From a bacterium (GTDB taxonomy: Bacteria > Bacillota_I > Bacilli_A > RFN20 > CAG-826), in assembly GCA_963633165.1 (NCBI GenBank), contig CAVGXP010000038.1, positions 56,290 through 120,289 on the forward strand: a stretch of 64,000 nt of DNA, in the 5' to 3' direction. Shown one piece after another: positions 1 through 8,945 of this stretch. The first letter of the stretch is position 1. Each line of letters opens with the position of its first letter. The notes beneath the pieces are model-generated. The model was not told where the DNA came from. It ran no database searches and saw nothing but the letters and a program-made list of their open reading frames with translations. The position numbers and the translations under genes are program-made.

Positions 1-297
1 CTGCATTTCCTCAAACAGGAAATTCCCCATCAATCCGCCGTTTTGATCACTTCCTTCAAGAAAGAGAAGGGCGGTTTGATCATCGACGCCACGATTCTGC
101 TAAACAAAAAGAACCACAAAGCCATCGTCATCGGCAAAGGTGGGGAGATGATCAAGAAAATCTCCATGGCGGCTAGACATGAAATGGAAAGGGTCTTCAA
201 GACCCACGTCACGGCTTTGAACATCGAAGTCGATGTCAAAGAAGGCTGGAGAGACGACCTTACGATGCTCAAAAAGCTCGGCTATGGTGAGAACTGA
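1..297 (+). CDS. era: GTPase Era, C-terminal part (KH domain); 5' end lies outside the window
   Basis: Frame-1 translation from base 1 gives ...SAVLITSFKKEKGGLIIDATILLNKKNHKAIVIGKGGEMIKKI..., the Era C-terminal KH domain (IVIGKGG motif). A recO gene immediately downstream matches the Firmicutes era-recO order. Confidence 0.8.
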   Translation: MHFLKQEIPHQSAVLITSFKKEKGGLIIDATILLNKKNHKAIVIGKGGEMIKKISMAARHEMERVFKTHVTALNIEVDVKEGWRDDLTMLKKLGYGEN

Positions 298-1015
298 GAA
301 ACGCCGCACCGGAATCGTGCTCCGCCTCACCCCTTTTAAGGACTCCGATGCGATGGTTAACGCGATTTCCGAAGACGGCTTCTTTTCCTTTAAGGCAAGA
401 GGAGTGGAAAAACTCTCTTCGAAAAACGCCCCGTCGGTGCAGCCTTTGACTTTGTCCGAGTTCGTCTTAATGGAATCCCAAAGCGGCGGACTAAGCTTAA
501 AAGAGGGCGGAGTTATCGAGTCTTTTTCAAAAATCGAGGATTTAAGCTGCGGTGCGACGCTTTCTTTCATTCAAGAGCTAACGCTCAAGGTCGTTCAAGA
601 GGACGAAGCGTTGAGGGTTTACCCTTATCTTCTCGCCTCTCTTAGGCTCATTTCTTCAGGCAATGATCCTTTGAGCGTGGGCCTGCTTTATTTTGCGAAG
701 GTCCTAACGATTGGTGGTTATGGGCTAAATGTCGATCGCTGCGTGATTTGCGGCAAGCAAAAGGACATCGTTTGTCTTAGCTACAGCGAGGGCGGTTTCC
801 TTTGCCGCGACGACTTCGAGACTGAGGCATCAATTAAAACTTCGCCACGTCACCTCCAGATTGCACGGTTTCTCTTCAAATGCGAAGAAAAGGACTTTCC
901 CCGTGGCAAATTCGCCAAGGAGGAATGCCTGCTTTTCTATTCCGAATTAAGCCAATACCTTGAAAACCTGACCGGTGTTAAGCTCAAATCCATCAGTCTT
1001 CTAAAGAAATTTTAG
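284..1015 (+). CDS. recO: DNA repair protein RecO
   Basis: About 244 aa with an N-terminal OB fold (GIVLRLTPFKDSDAMV) and a C-terminal Cys cluster (CVICG...C). An ATG at 284 overlaps the era stop; the track ORF starts at 233 but era-recO synteny favours the internal start. Confidence 0.8.
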   Translation: MVRTEKRRTGIVLRLTPFKDSDAMVNAISEDGFFSFKARGVEKLSSKNAPSVQPLTLSEFVLMESQSGGLSLKEGGVIESFSKIEDLSCGATLSFIQELTLKVVQEDEALRVYPYLLASLRLISSGNDPLSVGLLYFAKVLTIGGYGLNVDRCVICGKQKDIVCLSYSEGGFLCRDDFETEASIKTSPRHLQIARFLFKCEEKDFPRGKFAKEECLLFYSELSQYLENLTGVKLKSISLLKKF

Positions 1016-1030
1016 TACCCTTATAGTGGG

Positions 1031-1059
1031 TTGACGTAAAATGGATAGACGCATATACT
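1031..1059 (+). promoter_or_regulatory. Candidate sigmaA promoter for glyQS (TTGACG-17 bp-TATACT)
   Basis: Near-consensus -35 and -10 hexamers with 17-bp spacing, about 55 bp upstream of the glyQS ATG (1116). No T-box sequence fits in the 100-bp leader. Confidence 0.45.
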
Positions 1060-1115
1060 TTCACGGCTTTTTGCATGGCGAAAAGCGGGAAGGAGGAATC
1101 TATTTCCTTATCTAT

Positions 1116-2495
1116 ATGAGTCAAAAATTCAGTTTCGAAACAATCACCCAACACCTTCAAACCTCCGGGTTCGTGTTCCAAGGCTCCCAGATTTACGGCG
1201 GGCTTTCCAACACTTGGGATTACGGCCCCCTCGGGGCGGAGATGAAGCGCAATATTCGCTCGATGTGGTGGAAGAAATTCGTTCAGGAATCTCCCACAAA
1301 CGTCGGTTTGGACGCCGCCATTTTGATGAATCCCCGTGTTTGGGAAGCTACGGGCCACGTTTCCACCTTCAACGACCCGATGGTCGACTGCAAAGCCTGC
1401 AAAGCCAGGCATAGGGCCGATGAACTGATCAAAGGCCAATATCCCGACGTCGACGTTGATGGAATGACCTTCGAGCAGATGGATGAGTTCATGAAAACCC
1501 ACCCCATGACCTGTCCAAATTGCGGCAAGAGCGATTTCACTCCGATTCGCAAATTCAACATGATGTTCAAAACGCACATCGGCGTCACCGAGGACGCTTC
1601 CAGCGTCGTCTATTTGCGTCCGGAGACCGCTCAAGGCGTCTTCGTGAACTTCAAAAATGTCCAAAGGACCTGCAGGAAGAAGATCCCCTTCGGCGTCTGC
1701 AACGCCGGCAAGAGCTTCCGCAACGAAATCACCCCGGGGAACTTCACCTTCCGCACGCGTGAATTCGAGCAGCTCGAGATGGAATTCTTCTGCAAGCCAG
1801 GCACCGATCTTGAATGGTTTGCCTATTGGAAGGAGTATTGCCGTAAGTTCCTCGATTCCCTCGGCGTTAAGGATGAAAATCTTCGTTATAGGGACCACGA
1901 ACCCGCAGAGCTTGCCTTCTATTCCAAGGCGACGACCGACGTCGAGTACGATTTCCCAAGCATTGGCTGGGGCGAAATCCTCGGTGTTGCCGACAGAACC
2001 GATTATGACCTCAAGCGTCATATGGATTATTCCCATGAGGATCTGACTTATCTTGATCCTGAGACCAACGAGAAATACGTTCCTTATACCATCGAACCAT
2101 CGATGGGCTTGGACCGTCTGTTCTTGATGGTGGCCATGGACGCTTACGATGAGGAAGAGCTCGAAGGCGGCGAAAAACGCATCGTCATGCATCTTAACCC
2201 GGCTCTCGCCCCTTATAAAGTGGCGGTGCTTCCCTTGTCTAAGAAGCTCAACGACTCCGCTAAAGAGCTTGAGCAAGTTCTTGCCAAGGCTTTCTCGACG
2301 ACCTATGACGAGACCGGTTCTATCGGGAAACGCTATAGAAGAGAAGACGCGGTGGGCACGCCCTATTGCGTCACGGTCGACTTCGAGACCGAAAATGACC
2401 ACAGCGTCACCGTCCGCGACCGCGACAGCATGGAGCAGACCCGCGTCAAAATCGATGATCTCGTCGATTTCTTACGTGAGAAGGTTGCGTATTAA
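1116..2495 (+). CDS. glyQS: Glycine--tRNA ligase, homodimeric alpha2 type (GlyQS)
   Basis: The MSQKFSFETI..QGSQIYGGLSNTWDYGPLG N-terminus and class II motifs (FRNEITPGNFTFRTREFEQLEMEFF) identify it. The start is taken at the internal Met with a GGAGG-like RBS; the track ORF begins at 1041. Confidence 0.9.
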   Translation: MSQKFSFETITQHLQTSGFVFQGSQIYGGLSNTWDYGPLGAEMKRNIRSMWWKKFVQESPTNVGLDAAILMNPRVWEATGHVSTFNDPMVDCKACKARHRADELIKGQYPDVDVDGMTFEQMDEFMKTHPMTCPNCGKSDFTPIRKFNMMFKTHIGVTEDASSVVYLRPETAQGVFVNFKNVQRTCRKKIPFGVCNAGKSFRNEITPGNFTFRTREFEQLEMEFFCKPGTDLEWFAYWKEYCRKFLDSLGVKDENLRYRDHEPAELAFYSKATTDVEYDFPSIGWGEILGVADRTDYDLKRHMDYSHEDLTYLDPETNEKYVPYTIEPSMGLDRLFLMVAMDAYDEEELEGGEKRIVMHLNPALAPYKVAVLPLSKKLNDSAKELEQVLAKAFSTTYDETGSIGKRYRREDAVGTPYCVTVDFETENDHSVTVRDRDSMEQTRVKIDDLVDFLREKVAY

Positions 2496-2582
2496 TTAGT
2501 AGATTAAAAGTAATATATTAGTAGTCATTATATATTTATATATAAAAGGCTAGGAAAGGAGTGAAGTATATACAGCAAAGAT

Positions 2583-4391
2583 TTGATTGAAGCGGTGCTC
2601 AAAAACGCCGATATCGTCACCGTTATTTCCTCCTACCTCAATGTCATCAACAAAGGACGATACACCGTTGCCCTTTGCCCCTTCCATGACGACAAACACC
2701 CTTCGCTAAACATCTCCAAAGAGAAGCAAATCTACAAATGCTTCTCTTGCGGAGAGGGCGGGAACGCCATCTCCTTCGTTCAAAACTATGAGCATGTCTC
2801 ATTCGAGGAGGCTCTTAGGAAAGTCGCGGAGATCTCCGGATTCCATGACCCTCGTTTAGAAAGCGAGAGGACCCAAGTCGTCGTCGATCCTGAAAAGGAA
2901 CCCTTGTACAAGACAATCAACGACCTCGATAAGTATTATCGTTACGCGCTGAACACGCCTGAGGGCAAAAACGCCAGGGACTACCTTGAAAAAAGGAATA
3001 TCCCATCGAGCCAAATCGAGAAATTCGGCATTGGCTATGCCCCTAGGGACGGCAAAAACACGGTTCTTGTGCTCCAAGCCAAGAAGCATTCCTTGAAGTC
3101 GATTGAAGACATCGGCATCGCCCGCGCGCAGCTGACGGATTCAAAAGACGGAAACGCCGGACGGTTGATCTTCCCTTTGACCGATCCGCAGGGACGAGTC
3201 GTCGGCTTCTCGGCTAGAAAACTTCTCGAAGAGGATAGCCCCAAGTACGTCAATTCGCCCGAAACCAAGATCTTCCACAAAGGCGAAACGCTCTATAACT
3301 ACTTTAGGGCCTATAAAACCTGCAGGCACGATGGCTATGTTTATCTGCTTGAAGGCTTCATGGACGTCATGGCCTTAGACCGCATAGGCATCAGCTCTGC
3401 CGTGGCCTTATGCGGGACTTCGCTGACGAAGGAGCAGATCGATCTATTGAGAAAGATGCGGTGTGAGATCCGCGTCTGTCTTGATGGGGATGATCCAGGC
3501 CAAATCGGCATGATGAAGATTCTTGGCCTCCTTCAAAAAGCCAATCTTCCCTGCCGCTTCGTTTCCAATCCCGGCGACACCCGCGATCCTGACGATATCC
3601 TTCAAGAAAGCGGGGAGGCTGCCTTGAAAGAGGCGATGAGCCACCTCGTGGACGCTAGCGATTTCGCGTTGAACTTCTACCTCAACACGAAAAAGCTCGA
3701 TACTATCGAAGACCGCCAAAAGGTCTTGAAACATTTCCTGCCTTATTGCGCAAGCCTTGCGCCGGGGATAGAAAAGGAGAACTACATCGCAAAATTAGCC
3801 AAAGCAACCCGCTTTGAGCCAGAGGCGGTGAGAGCCATGCTTCCAAGCTCTCCTTCAAGCAGGAAAGAGGAGGATCAGGGTTTCGCCGAGCGTCGGCCCC
3901 GTCTTAAAAAAACGAGCCTTAAGGAAGAAAAAGGGCCCAACACGCGGCTATACCGCGCCGAGAGGACCATCCTCTATTACATGCTTCGCCACAGCGAAGC
4001 CATCGCCTATTTCGAAAATCGGCTCGGCGATTTCTATTATCCACTCAACAACACCTTAGCCAATTACATCATCGATTATTCCTCTTCTCACGATGGCCAA
4101 ATCGAAGAAGCTCAGCTCCTTGGAGTGGTCCAAAGCGAAGGAGGGGAAGAGGCGAAAGACCTCGAGGAATCCCTTCTTTCCCTTTATGGGGAGGAAGAGA
4201 AGTCCAAACCTCCCTTCTCTAGCGGCCTGCTAGACGCTTGCGGCAAGGCCATCGACCAGGAAAAAGAGAAGATGAGGGTTAACGAAGAGGCGAAGAAAGC
4301 CTTCGCCGCGAACGACTTAGAAGAGCGCAAGAAATTCTTAAGCGCCTTCGCTGACCAGCGCAGAAAGAACTGGAACAGCAAAAAGAAATAA
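2583..4391 (+). CDS. dnaG: DNA primase DnaG
   Basis: CHC2 zinc finger ([10 protein letters not shown]...[14 protein letters not shown]) and TOPRIM region ([20 protein letters not shown]). It sits in a glyQS-dnaG-sigA operon context. The start is uncertain, possibly TTG, and the SD aggaaaggag lies about 22 nt upstream. Confidence 0.9.
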   Translation: MIEAVLKNADIVTVISSYLNVINKGRYTVALCPFHDDKHPSLNISKEKQIYKCFSCGEGGNAISFVQNYEHVSFEEALRKVAEISGFHDPRLESERTQVVVDPEKEPLYKTINDLDKYYRYALNTPEGKNARDYLEKRNIPSSQIEKFGIGYAPRDGKNTVLVLQAKKHSLKSIEDIGIARAQLTDSKDGNAGRLIFPLTDPQGRVVGFSARKLLEEDSPKYVNSPETKIFHKGETLYNYFRAYKTCRHDGYVYLLEGFMDVMALDRIGISSAVALCGTSLTKEQIDLLRKMRCEIRVCLDGDDPGQIGMMKILGLLQKANLPCRFVSNPGDTRDPDDILQESGEAALKEAMSHLVDASDFALNFYLNTKKLDTIEDRQKVLKHFLPYCASLAPGIEKENYIAKLAKATRFEPEAVRAMLPSSPSSRKEEDQGFAERRPRLKKTSLKEEKGPNTRLYRAERTILYYMLRHSEAIAYFENRLGDFYYPLNNTLANYIIDYSSSHDGQIEEAQLLGVVQSEGGEEAKDLEESLLSLYGEEEKSKPPFSSGLLDACGKAIDQEKEKMRVNEEAKKAFAANDLEERKKFLSAFADQRRKNWNSKKK

Positions 4392-4413
4392 AACGAAAAA
4401 AGGAGAGAAAACC

Positions 4414-5880
4414 ATGGCAACCAGCAAGAAACCAGCAAAATCCGCCAGCGCCAAAAAAGAAAGCAAGAAGGCTGTCAAACCCGTTTTGGAAGAAGAAGAG
4501 GACATCGAAGGCCTCGAAAGCATCAAAAAACGTTTCCTCAAGAAAGGGAAAGATGAAGGGGGCATCGACATCGGGGAAGTCCTTGACGCCGCCAACCACC
4601 TCGATCTTTCCGACGAAGACATCGAGTCTTTGATGGGCTTCTTCAAAGAGAACGGCATCAACGTCTCCGAAGATGAGGACATCAAAGAGGAAGAGGAGCC
4701 CGACGGCCCCAACCTCAGCGATCTTGAGAACGCCGAAAAGGATCTCGAGGAAGAAGACGCCGACGTCGCAGCTGAAGAGATGGGCGGAGGATCGGAGAAA
4801 GAAGAACTCGACGCCGTCAACGAGTTCAACCACGCCGCCATCGGCGAGGTCAAAGTCAACGACTCGGTCAAGATGTACCTCAAAGAGATCGGCAAAGTCG
4901 ATCTTCTCACCGCGGCGCAGGAAACCGAGCTTGCCAAGCGCATCGTCAAAGGCAACGAGGCCAAAGCCAAACTCGAACAGCTTTACTCTGAATACAAGAA
5001 GCGGGGCGGAGATGCCGAATACGCGGATTGGTACAAGAAGATTGACGTTTATGGCTCTTCCGATGAGTCCCGCCTCAAATACGCCCAGGAAGATGGCATC
5101 GGAAAAGGCGTCGACGGGCAGCAGGGGGCCAAAGACCAATTGATCACGGCCAACCTTCGTCTTGTCATCTCCATCGCCAAACACTACGTTGGCAGGGGCA
5201 TGCACTTCCTCGATCTCATCCAGGAAGGAAACATGGGTTTGATGAAGGCCGTCGAAAAATTCGATTACACCAAAGGGTTCAAATTCTCGACTTATGCGAC
5301 TTGGTGGATTCGTCAAGCCATCACCCGCGCCATCGCCGACCAAGCCAGAACCATCCGCATCCCGGTTCACATGGTCGAGACCATCAACAAAATCACCCGC
5401 GTTCAGCGCCAATTGACCCAGGAACTCGGCCGTGAGCCGACGGCGGAAGAAATCTCCGCCAAACTCGAAGGCGCCCAAAGCGCCGAAGCGATTCTCCGCA
5501 TCCAGCGCATCGCTCTTGAGCCCGTTTCTTTGGAAACTCCGATCGGAGAAGAGGACGACTCCAGGCTTGGCGACTTCCTTGAAGACAAAGAAACCCAATC
5601 TCCGGAAGAATACACGACCAAGAGCCTTCTCAAAGATGAGCTCTACGACATCATGAAGGACCTCACCGACCGCGAGGAGAAGGTCCTCAGGCTCCGCTAC
5701 GGCTTAGATGACAACCGTCCCCGCACCCTTGAGGAAGTCGGACGCGAATTCGGGGTCACTCGCGAACGCATCCGTCAGATCGAGGCCAAGGCCATCCGCA
5801 AACTTCGCCATCCCACCCGCGCCAAGAAGCTTGGCGATTATAGGGAAGCCAATTTCGGCGGGGAAGGCAAAAACCGCTAA
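4414..5880 (+). CDS. sigA: RNA polymerase primary sigma factor SigA/RpoD
   Basis: Acidic region 1.1, region 2 ([27 protein letters not shown]) and region 4 ([28 protein letters not shown]). A 22-bp gap after dnaG implies co-transcription. Confidence 0.95.
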   Translation: MATSKKPAKSASAKKESKKAVKPVLEEEEDIEGLESIKKRFLKKGKDEGGIDIGEVLDAANHLDLSDEDIESLMGFFKENGINVSEDEDIKEEEEPDGPNLSDLENAEKDLEEEDADVAAEEMGGGSEKEELDAVNEFNHAAIGEVKVNDSVKMYLKEIGKVDLLTAAQETELAKRIVKGNEAKAKLEQLYSEYKKRGGDAEYADWYKKIDVYGSSDESRLKYAQEDGIGKGVDGQQGAKDQLITANLRLVISIAKHYVGRGMHFLDLIQEGNMGLMKAVEKFDYTKGFKFSTYATWWIRQAITRAIADQARTIRIPVHMVETINKITRVQRQLTQELGREPTAEEISAKLEGAQSAEAILRIQRIALEPVSLETPIGEEDDSRLGDFLEDKETQSPEEYTTKSLLKDELYDIMKDLTDREEKVLRLRYGLDDNRPRTLEEVGREFGVTRERIRQIEAKAIRKLRHPTRAKKLGDYREANFGGEGKNR

Positions 5881-5888
5881 CTGGATTT

Positions 5889-5957
5889 GTGGCGGCGCTT
5901 CAATAGGCGCCGCCTATTCCTTTCAAGCATAAAACCGCCGACAACGCGGTTTTTCGA
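5889..5957 (+). terminator. Two hairpins after sigA, the second a rho-independent terminator
   Basis: GGCGGCGC-ttcaatag-GCGCCGCC (8-bp stem) is followed by ACCGC-cgacaa-CGCGGT plus TTTTT. Confidence 0.55.
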
Positions 5958-5991
5958 TGATGAACCGTTTCGATGATTAGGAGAGAGAAGG

Positions 5992-6693
5992 ATGAGGAAA
6001 TTATCCGCTAGGCTAAAAGCCGCCTACGATTTCGTGCCCAAAGGGTGCGTTTTCGGCGACATCGGGGCCGACCACGCTTATCTCACCCTTTCCCTTCTAG
6101 AAAGTGGAAAGATCGAATGGGCCGAAGCGGTGGAGAACAAACCCGGCCCCTTCATCCGCATGAAAAGCAACATCGACGCCTCACCTTTCTCTAGCCACGT
6201 CGTCTGTTCCCATAGCGATGGGCTTGACGATCTCCGGGGCAACGTCAATTGCCTTGCCATCTGCGGGATGGGCGGCAAACTGGCCTCGGAAATTCTAGAG
6301 AAAGGCAAAGAGAAGCTCGATAACGTCGACACGATCATTCTCGATCCTCACCGCGATTTAGCCGAAGTCAGGCGGAGAGTCGTCGAACTTGGCTATCGAA
6401 TCGAAGACGAGAAAATGGTCTATGAGGATAAAATCTATTATTCCATCATCCTTTTCGTTAAAGGTGTGCCCGCTAAGCCTTATACGAAAGCCGAGCTTGG
6501 ATTGGGGCCTATTCTTCTAAAAAAACTCGATCCCGTCTTCCTTTCTTTCATCTCAGAACAAAAAAAGAACGTGGGGAAGATCCTTGATAAGAACCTTTCT
6601 GAGGAAGCAAGGCGCAAATATTTGAATTTTTATCGCTTGCTCAAAGACGTTGAGGAGAAAGGGAAGCTCAAAGCGAGCTCAGGTAATCCCTGA
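5992..6693 (+). CDS. trmK: tRNA (adenine22-N1)-methyltransferase TrmK (YqfN family)
   Basis: N-terminus FVPKGCVFGDIGADHAYLTLSLL and its position right after sigA match the B. subtilis yqfN arrangement. Confidence 0.8.
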   Translation: MRKLSARLKAAYDFVPKGCVFGDIGADHAYLTLSLLESGKIEWAEAVENKPGPFIRMKSNIDASPFSSHVVCSHSDGLDDLRGNVNCLAICGMGGKLASEILEKGKEKLDNVDTIILDPHRDLAEVRRRVVELGYRIEDEKMVYEDKIYYSIILFVKGVPAKPYTKAELGLGPILLKKLDPVFLSFISEQKKNVGKILDKNLSEEARRKYLNFYRLLKDVEEKGKLKASSGNP

Positions 6694-7525
6694 CCGATAG
6701 GAATGTGTCCCTGGAAGTGGAAGTTCCGGAAGCCAGGGCGATTTTAGAGTATTTTTTTAAATCGAGTTTTTTGACTTGCTCCAAATCCAGGCAAAGGAAA
6801 GACGGGCAAGATAAAGAAGCGATCTGATAAAGCTTTTTGCTGTTATTTGACGTGGATGAACCAATGATTATCGCCGCATCGGCCTTGCTGGCGGCCTCTT
6901 TCATGGCTTTTTGCCGCATTGAGGTTGCTAAGCAACGGCCTTTAATGAATTTGACCTGCCCAAGCGTTCTCTCGATCGTTTTAACCGCCTCCTCGATTTC
7001 TTCCCCTGATAGCGTCGTCTGGGCAATGATAAAGGGAGAGGCGGGGCAATCCCTCCAATTGCCTTCCCCATTAGAAACCGAATAGAAATAAGCGTAAGGG
7101 CAATTGGCGAGGAAGGCCTCTTTTTCCAAATGCCCGTCCTGCCCGATGTAAATAAGAGGTTTCCTTCCCGTGGCCTCCTGCAGATTCTCGGTCACGAAGC
7201 AACAAGTCGCATCGTAGGCAAGGAGGTTTTTTCTCTCGGCGATGTCTTGATAAGAGAGAGGATGTCCGTGGGCGGAGAAAACGACGACGTCGCCTTCTTG
7301 CAGGCTTAAAAGCGCTTGTTTCAAATCCAGGCGGGATTCGTCCAGCAATTCCAAGCCTTGGCTTTCTAAGAAAGCGATCGCGTTCTCGTTATGAATCAAA
7401 CTGCCTAGAAGGCAAACCCTTTTAAGCGGGTTCTCCTTCTTTGCTTTGATGGCGATGCCCATGGCTTTCTCCACGCCGGAGCAATATCCGAAAGGGGTGA
7501 CAGAGAGGACTTCCATGGCGTTCAT
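6668..7525 (-). CDS. ispH: 4-hydroxy-3-methylbut-2-enyl diphosphate reductase IspH (LytB)
   Basis: GYCSGVEKA (GFCFGV-like) N-terminal motif and conserved HNE/SAHG regions. It overlaps the trmK 3' end convergently by about 26 bp. Confidence 0.85.
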   Translation of the reverse strand: MNAMEVLSVTPFGYCSGVEKAMGIAIKAKKENPLKRVCLLGSLIHNENAIAFLESQGLELLDESRLDLKQALLSLQEGDVVVFSAHGHPLSYQDIAERKNLLAYDATCCFVTENLQEATGRKPLIYIGQDGHLEKEAFLANCPYAYFYSVSNGEGNWRDCPASPFIIAQTTLSGEEIEEAVKTIERTLGQVKFIKGRCLATSMRQKAMKEAASKADAAIIIGSSTSNNSKKLYQIASLSCPSFLCLDLEQVKKLDLKKYSKIALASGTSTSRDTFLSVRDYLSSL

Positions 7526-7578
7526 TTTGTTCCAAAGACGTGCAAAAAGGAAGCGAGTTCGCCTATAATGCGGAGGTT

Positions 7579-8931
7579 ATGTCCAATTTCGCACAGTTCA
7601 ATCTTTCTAAAGAATTAGTCGGAGCTCTAGAGAAGCTCGGCTACAAAGAGCCCTCCCCGGTTCAGGGCAAAGTCATTCCCAAGGCGTTGCGCGGGGAATC
7701 GATCCTTTGCCAAAGCGAGACCGGCTCAGGCAAAACCCACGCCTATTTGATTCCGATTCTTGCCAATCTCGACCTCTCTTTGCCTAGGCTTCAATCCATC
7801 GTTGTCTGCCCAAGCAGAGAACTTGCCCGCCAGGTCTACGAATTTGCTTTCGCCTTCACCCGTTTCTTCCCAAAGCTCAAGGTGCGCCTATTCACCAGCA
7901 GCGAGGAGAAAAGCGAGAATGAGCAGGGGCTTTCCGTCCCTCCGCAGCTCGTCATCGGGACGCCGGGAAGGCTTAAAGACCTTCTCGCCGAGGATTATTC
8001 CCTCAATCTCCGCGGGGTCAAATCGTTGGTTCTCGACGAAGCCGACATGCTCATGGAAATGGGCTATTTCGAAGACATCGACGCCTTGAGGAGCCTTCTC
8101 CGGGACGATTTGCAGGTGATGGTTTTCTCCGCGACCCTTGAGCAGGGGCTTAAGGAGAAGCTGCGCAAATACGCGGGAAGCGAATTCCTTTACGAAGGGG
8201 AAGACAACAAATCTTCTTCGAACGTCACCCATCATCTCATCGACATCAAACACGTCGGCAAAAACGAGGCTCTCATCCGCTTTTTGAAACTCCGCCAGCC
8301 TTATTTGGCCTTGGTGTTCGCCTCAAAGAAAGAAGACGTTAATTCCGCCTACGCCGCCGTCAAGGAAGCCGGGTTCACCTCCGTTCTTTTCTCTGGCGAT
8401 TTGGAGACGAGGGAAAGAAGGAAAACGATCCGCATGATCAAGGAGAACCGTTACCAGGTCGTCGTCTGCAGCGATTTGCTCAGCCGCGGCATCGACATCG
8501 AAGACGTGACCGACGTCATCTCCATCGACCTCCCCAAAGACCTCAACTATTACCATCATAGAGCCGGAAGAACGGCCCGTTTTGGCAAAAGCGGCGATTC
8601 CTGGATTTTCTACGATGACGATTCCACAAAGCTTCCCTTGGCTTTGATGGAGCAGGGGATTACCTTCGATTTCCTTATCCTTAGAAAAGAGGGCCTAGAG
8701 CAAGATCCGGTCGGCTTGCTCCCAAAGACCAAATTGAAGAAAAAGAAGGCCTTTGAGGATCCCGAGGAAGCCAAGGAGATCAAAATCGCCAAGGCCAAAA
8801 GCCGCGTGGACAAAGTCAAGCCAGGCTATAAGAGAAAGCAACGTTGGGCGGTGGAAAAAGTCAAAAACAAATACCGCCGCAAAGCGATAAGGAAGAAAAT
8901 CCGCGCAACATTACATGGAAAGAGCGAGTAA
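7579..8931 (+). CDS. DEAD-box ATP-dependent RNA helicase (CshB-like by synteny)
   Basis: Q motif (F..L..EL..A), motif I (SETGSGKTHAYLIP), DEAD (VLDEADMLMEMG), SAT (FSATL) and motif VI (HRAGRTARFG). It carries a Lys/Arg-rich C-terminal tail. The start is taken at MSNFAQF; the track ORF starts at 7540. Confidence 0.85.
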   Translation: MSNFAQFNLSKELVGALEKLGYKEPSPVQGKVIPKALRGESILCQSETGSGKTHAYLIPILANLDLSLPRLQSIVVCPSRELARQVYEFAFAFTRFFPKLKVRLFTSSEEKSENEQGLSVPPQLVIGTPGRLKDLLAEDYSLNLRGVKSLVLDEADMLMEMGYFEDIDALRSLLRDDLQVMVFSATLEQGLKEKLRKYAGSEFLYEGEDNKSSSNVTHHLIDIKHVGKNEALIRFLKLRQPYLALVFASKKEDVNSAYAAVKEAGFTSVLFSGDLETRERRKTIRMIKENRYQVVVCSDLLSRGIDIEDVTDVISIDLPKDLNYYHHRAGRTARFGKSGDSWIFYDDDSTKLPLALMEQGITFDFLILRKEGLEQDPVGLLPKTKLKKKKAFEDPEEAKEIKIAKAKSRVDKVKPGYKRKQRWAVEKVKNKYRRKAIRKKIRATLHGKSE

Positions 8932-8945
8932 ACCTCGCTCTTTTT

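Noticed and set aside
993-2402. Long antisense ORFs opposite conserved genes. Examples: 469 aa opposite glyQS, 439 aa at 4279-5598 opposite sigA, 295 aa at 11553-12440 opposite fakB, 300 aa at 16614-17516 opposite parE, 274 aa at 18005-18829 opposite parC, 39842-40729 opposite relA, 46615-47520 opposite ruvAB, and 54924-56126 opposite MalF.
   Set aside because: Each lies opposite a gene with unambiguous family motifs. Their translations are low-complexity Ala/Gly/Arg/Val-rich with no motifs, as expected from high GC3 in the sense strand. I treat them as non-coding.
2496-2582. Possible tRNA, CRISPR or structured ncRNA in intergenic regions (2496-2582, 14385-14672, 20117-20292, 23684-24083, 58033-58285)
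   Set aside because: There is no cloverleaf-compatible GTTC/TTCGA...acceptor pattern and there are no direct repeat arrays. These regions are AT-rich and low-complexity, unlike structured RNAs (RNase P, tmRNA, SRP), which are GC-rich in such genomes.
6705-6745. GC-rich hairpin CCCTGGAAG...CTTCCGGAAG...CCAGGG that looks like a terminator after trmK
   Set aside because: It lies inside the ispH coding sequence (6668-7525, minus strand), which overlaps trmK convergently. The true trmK 3' end is within ispH, so the hairpin is probably coding-sequence coincidence.
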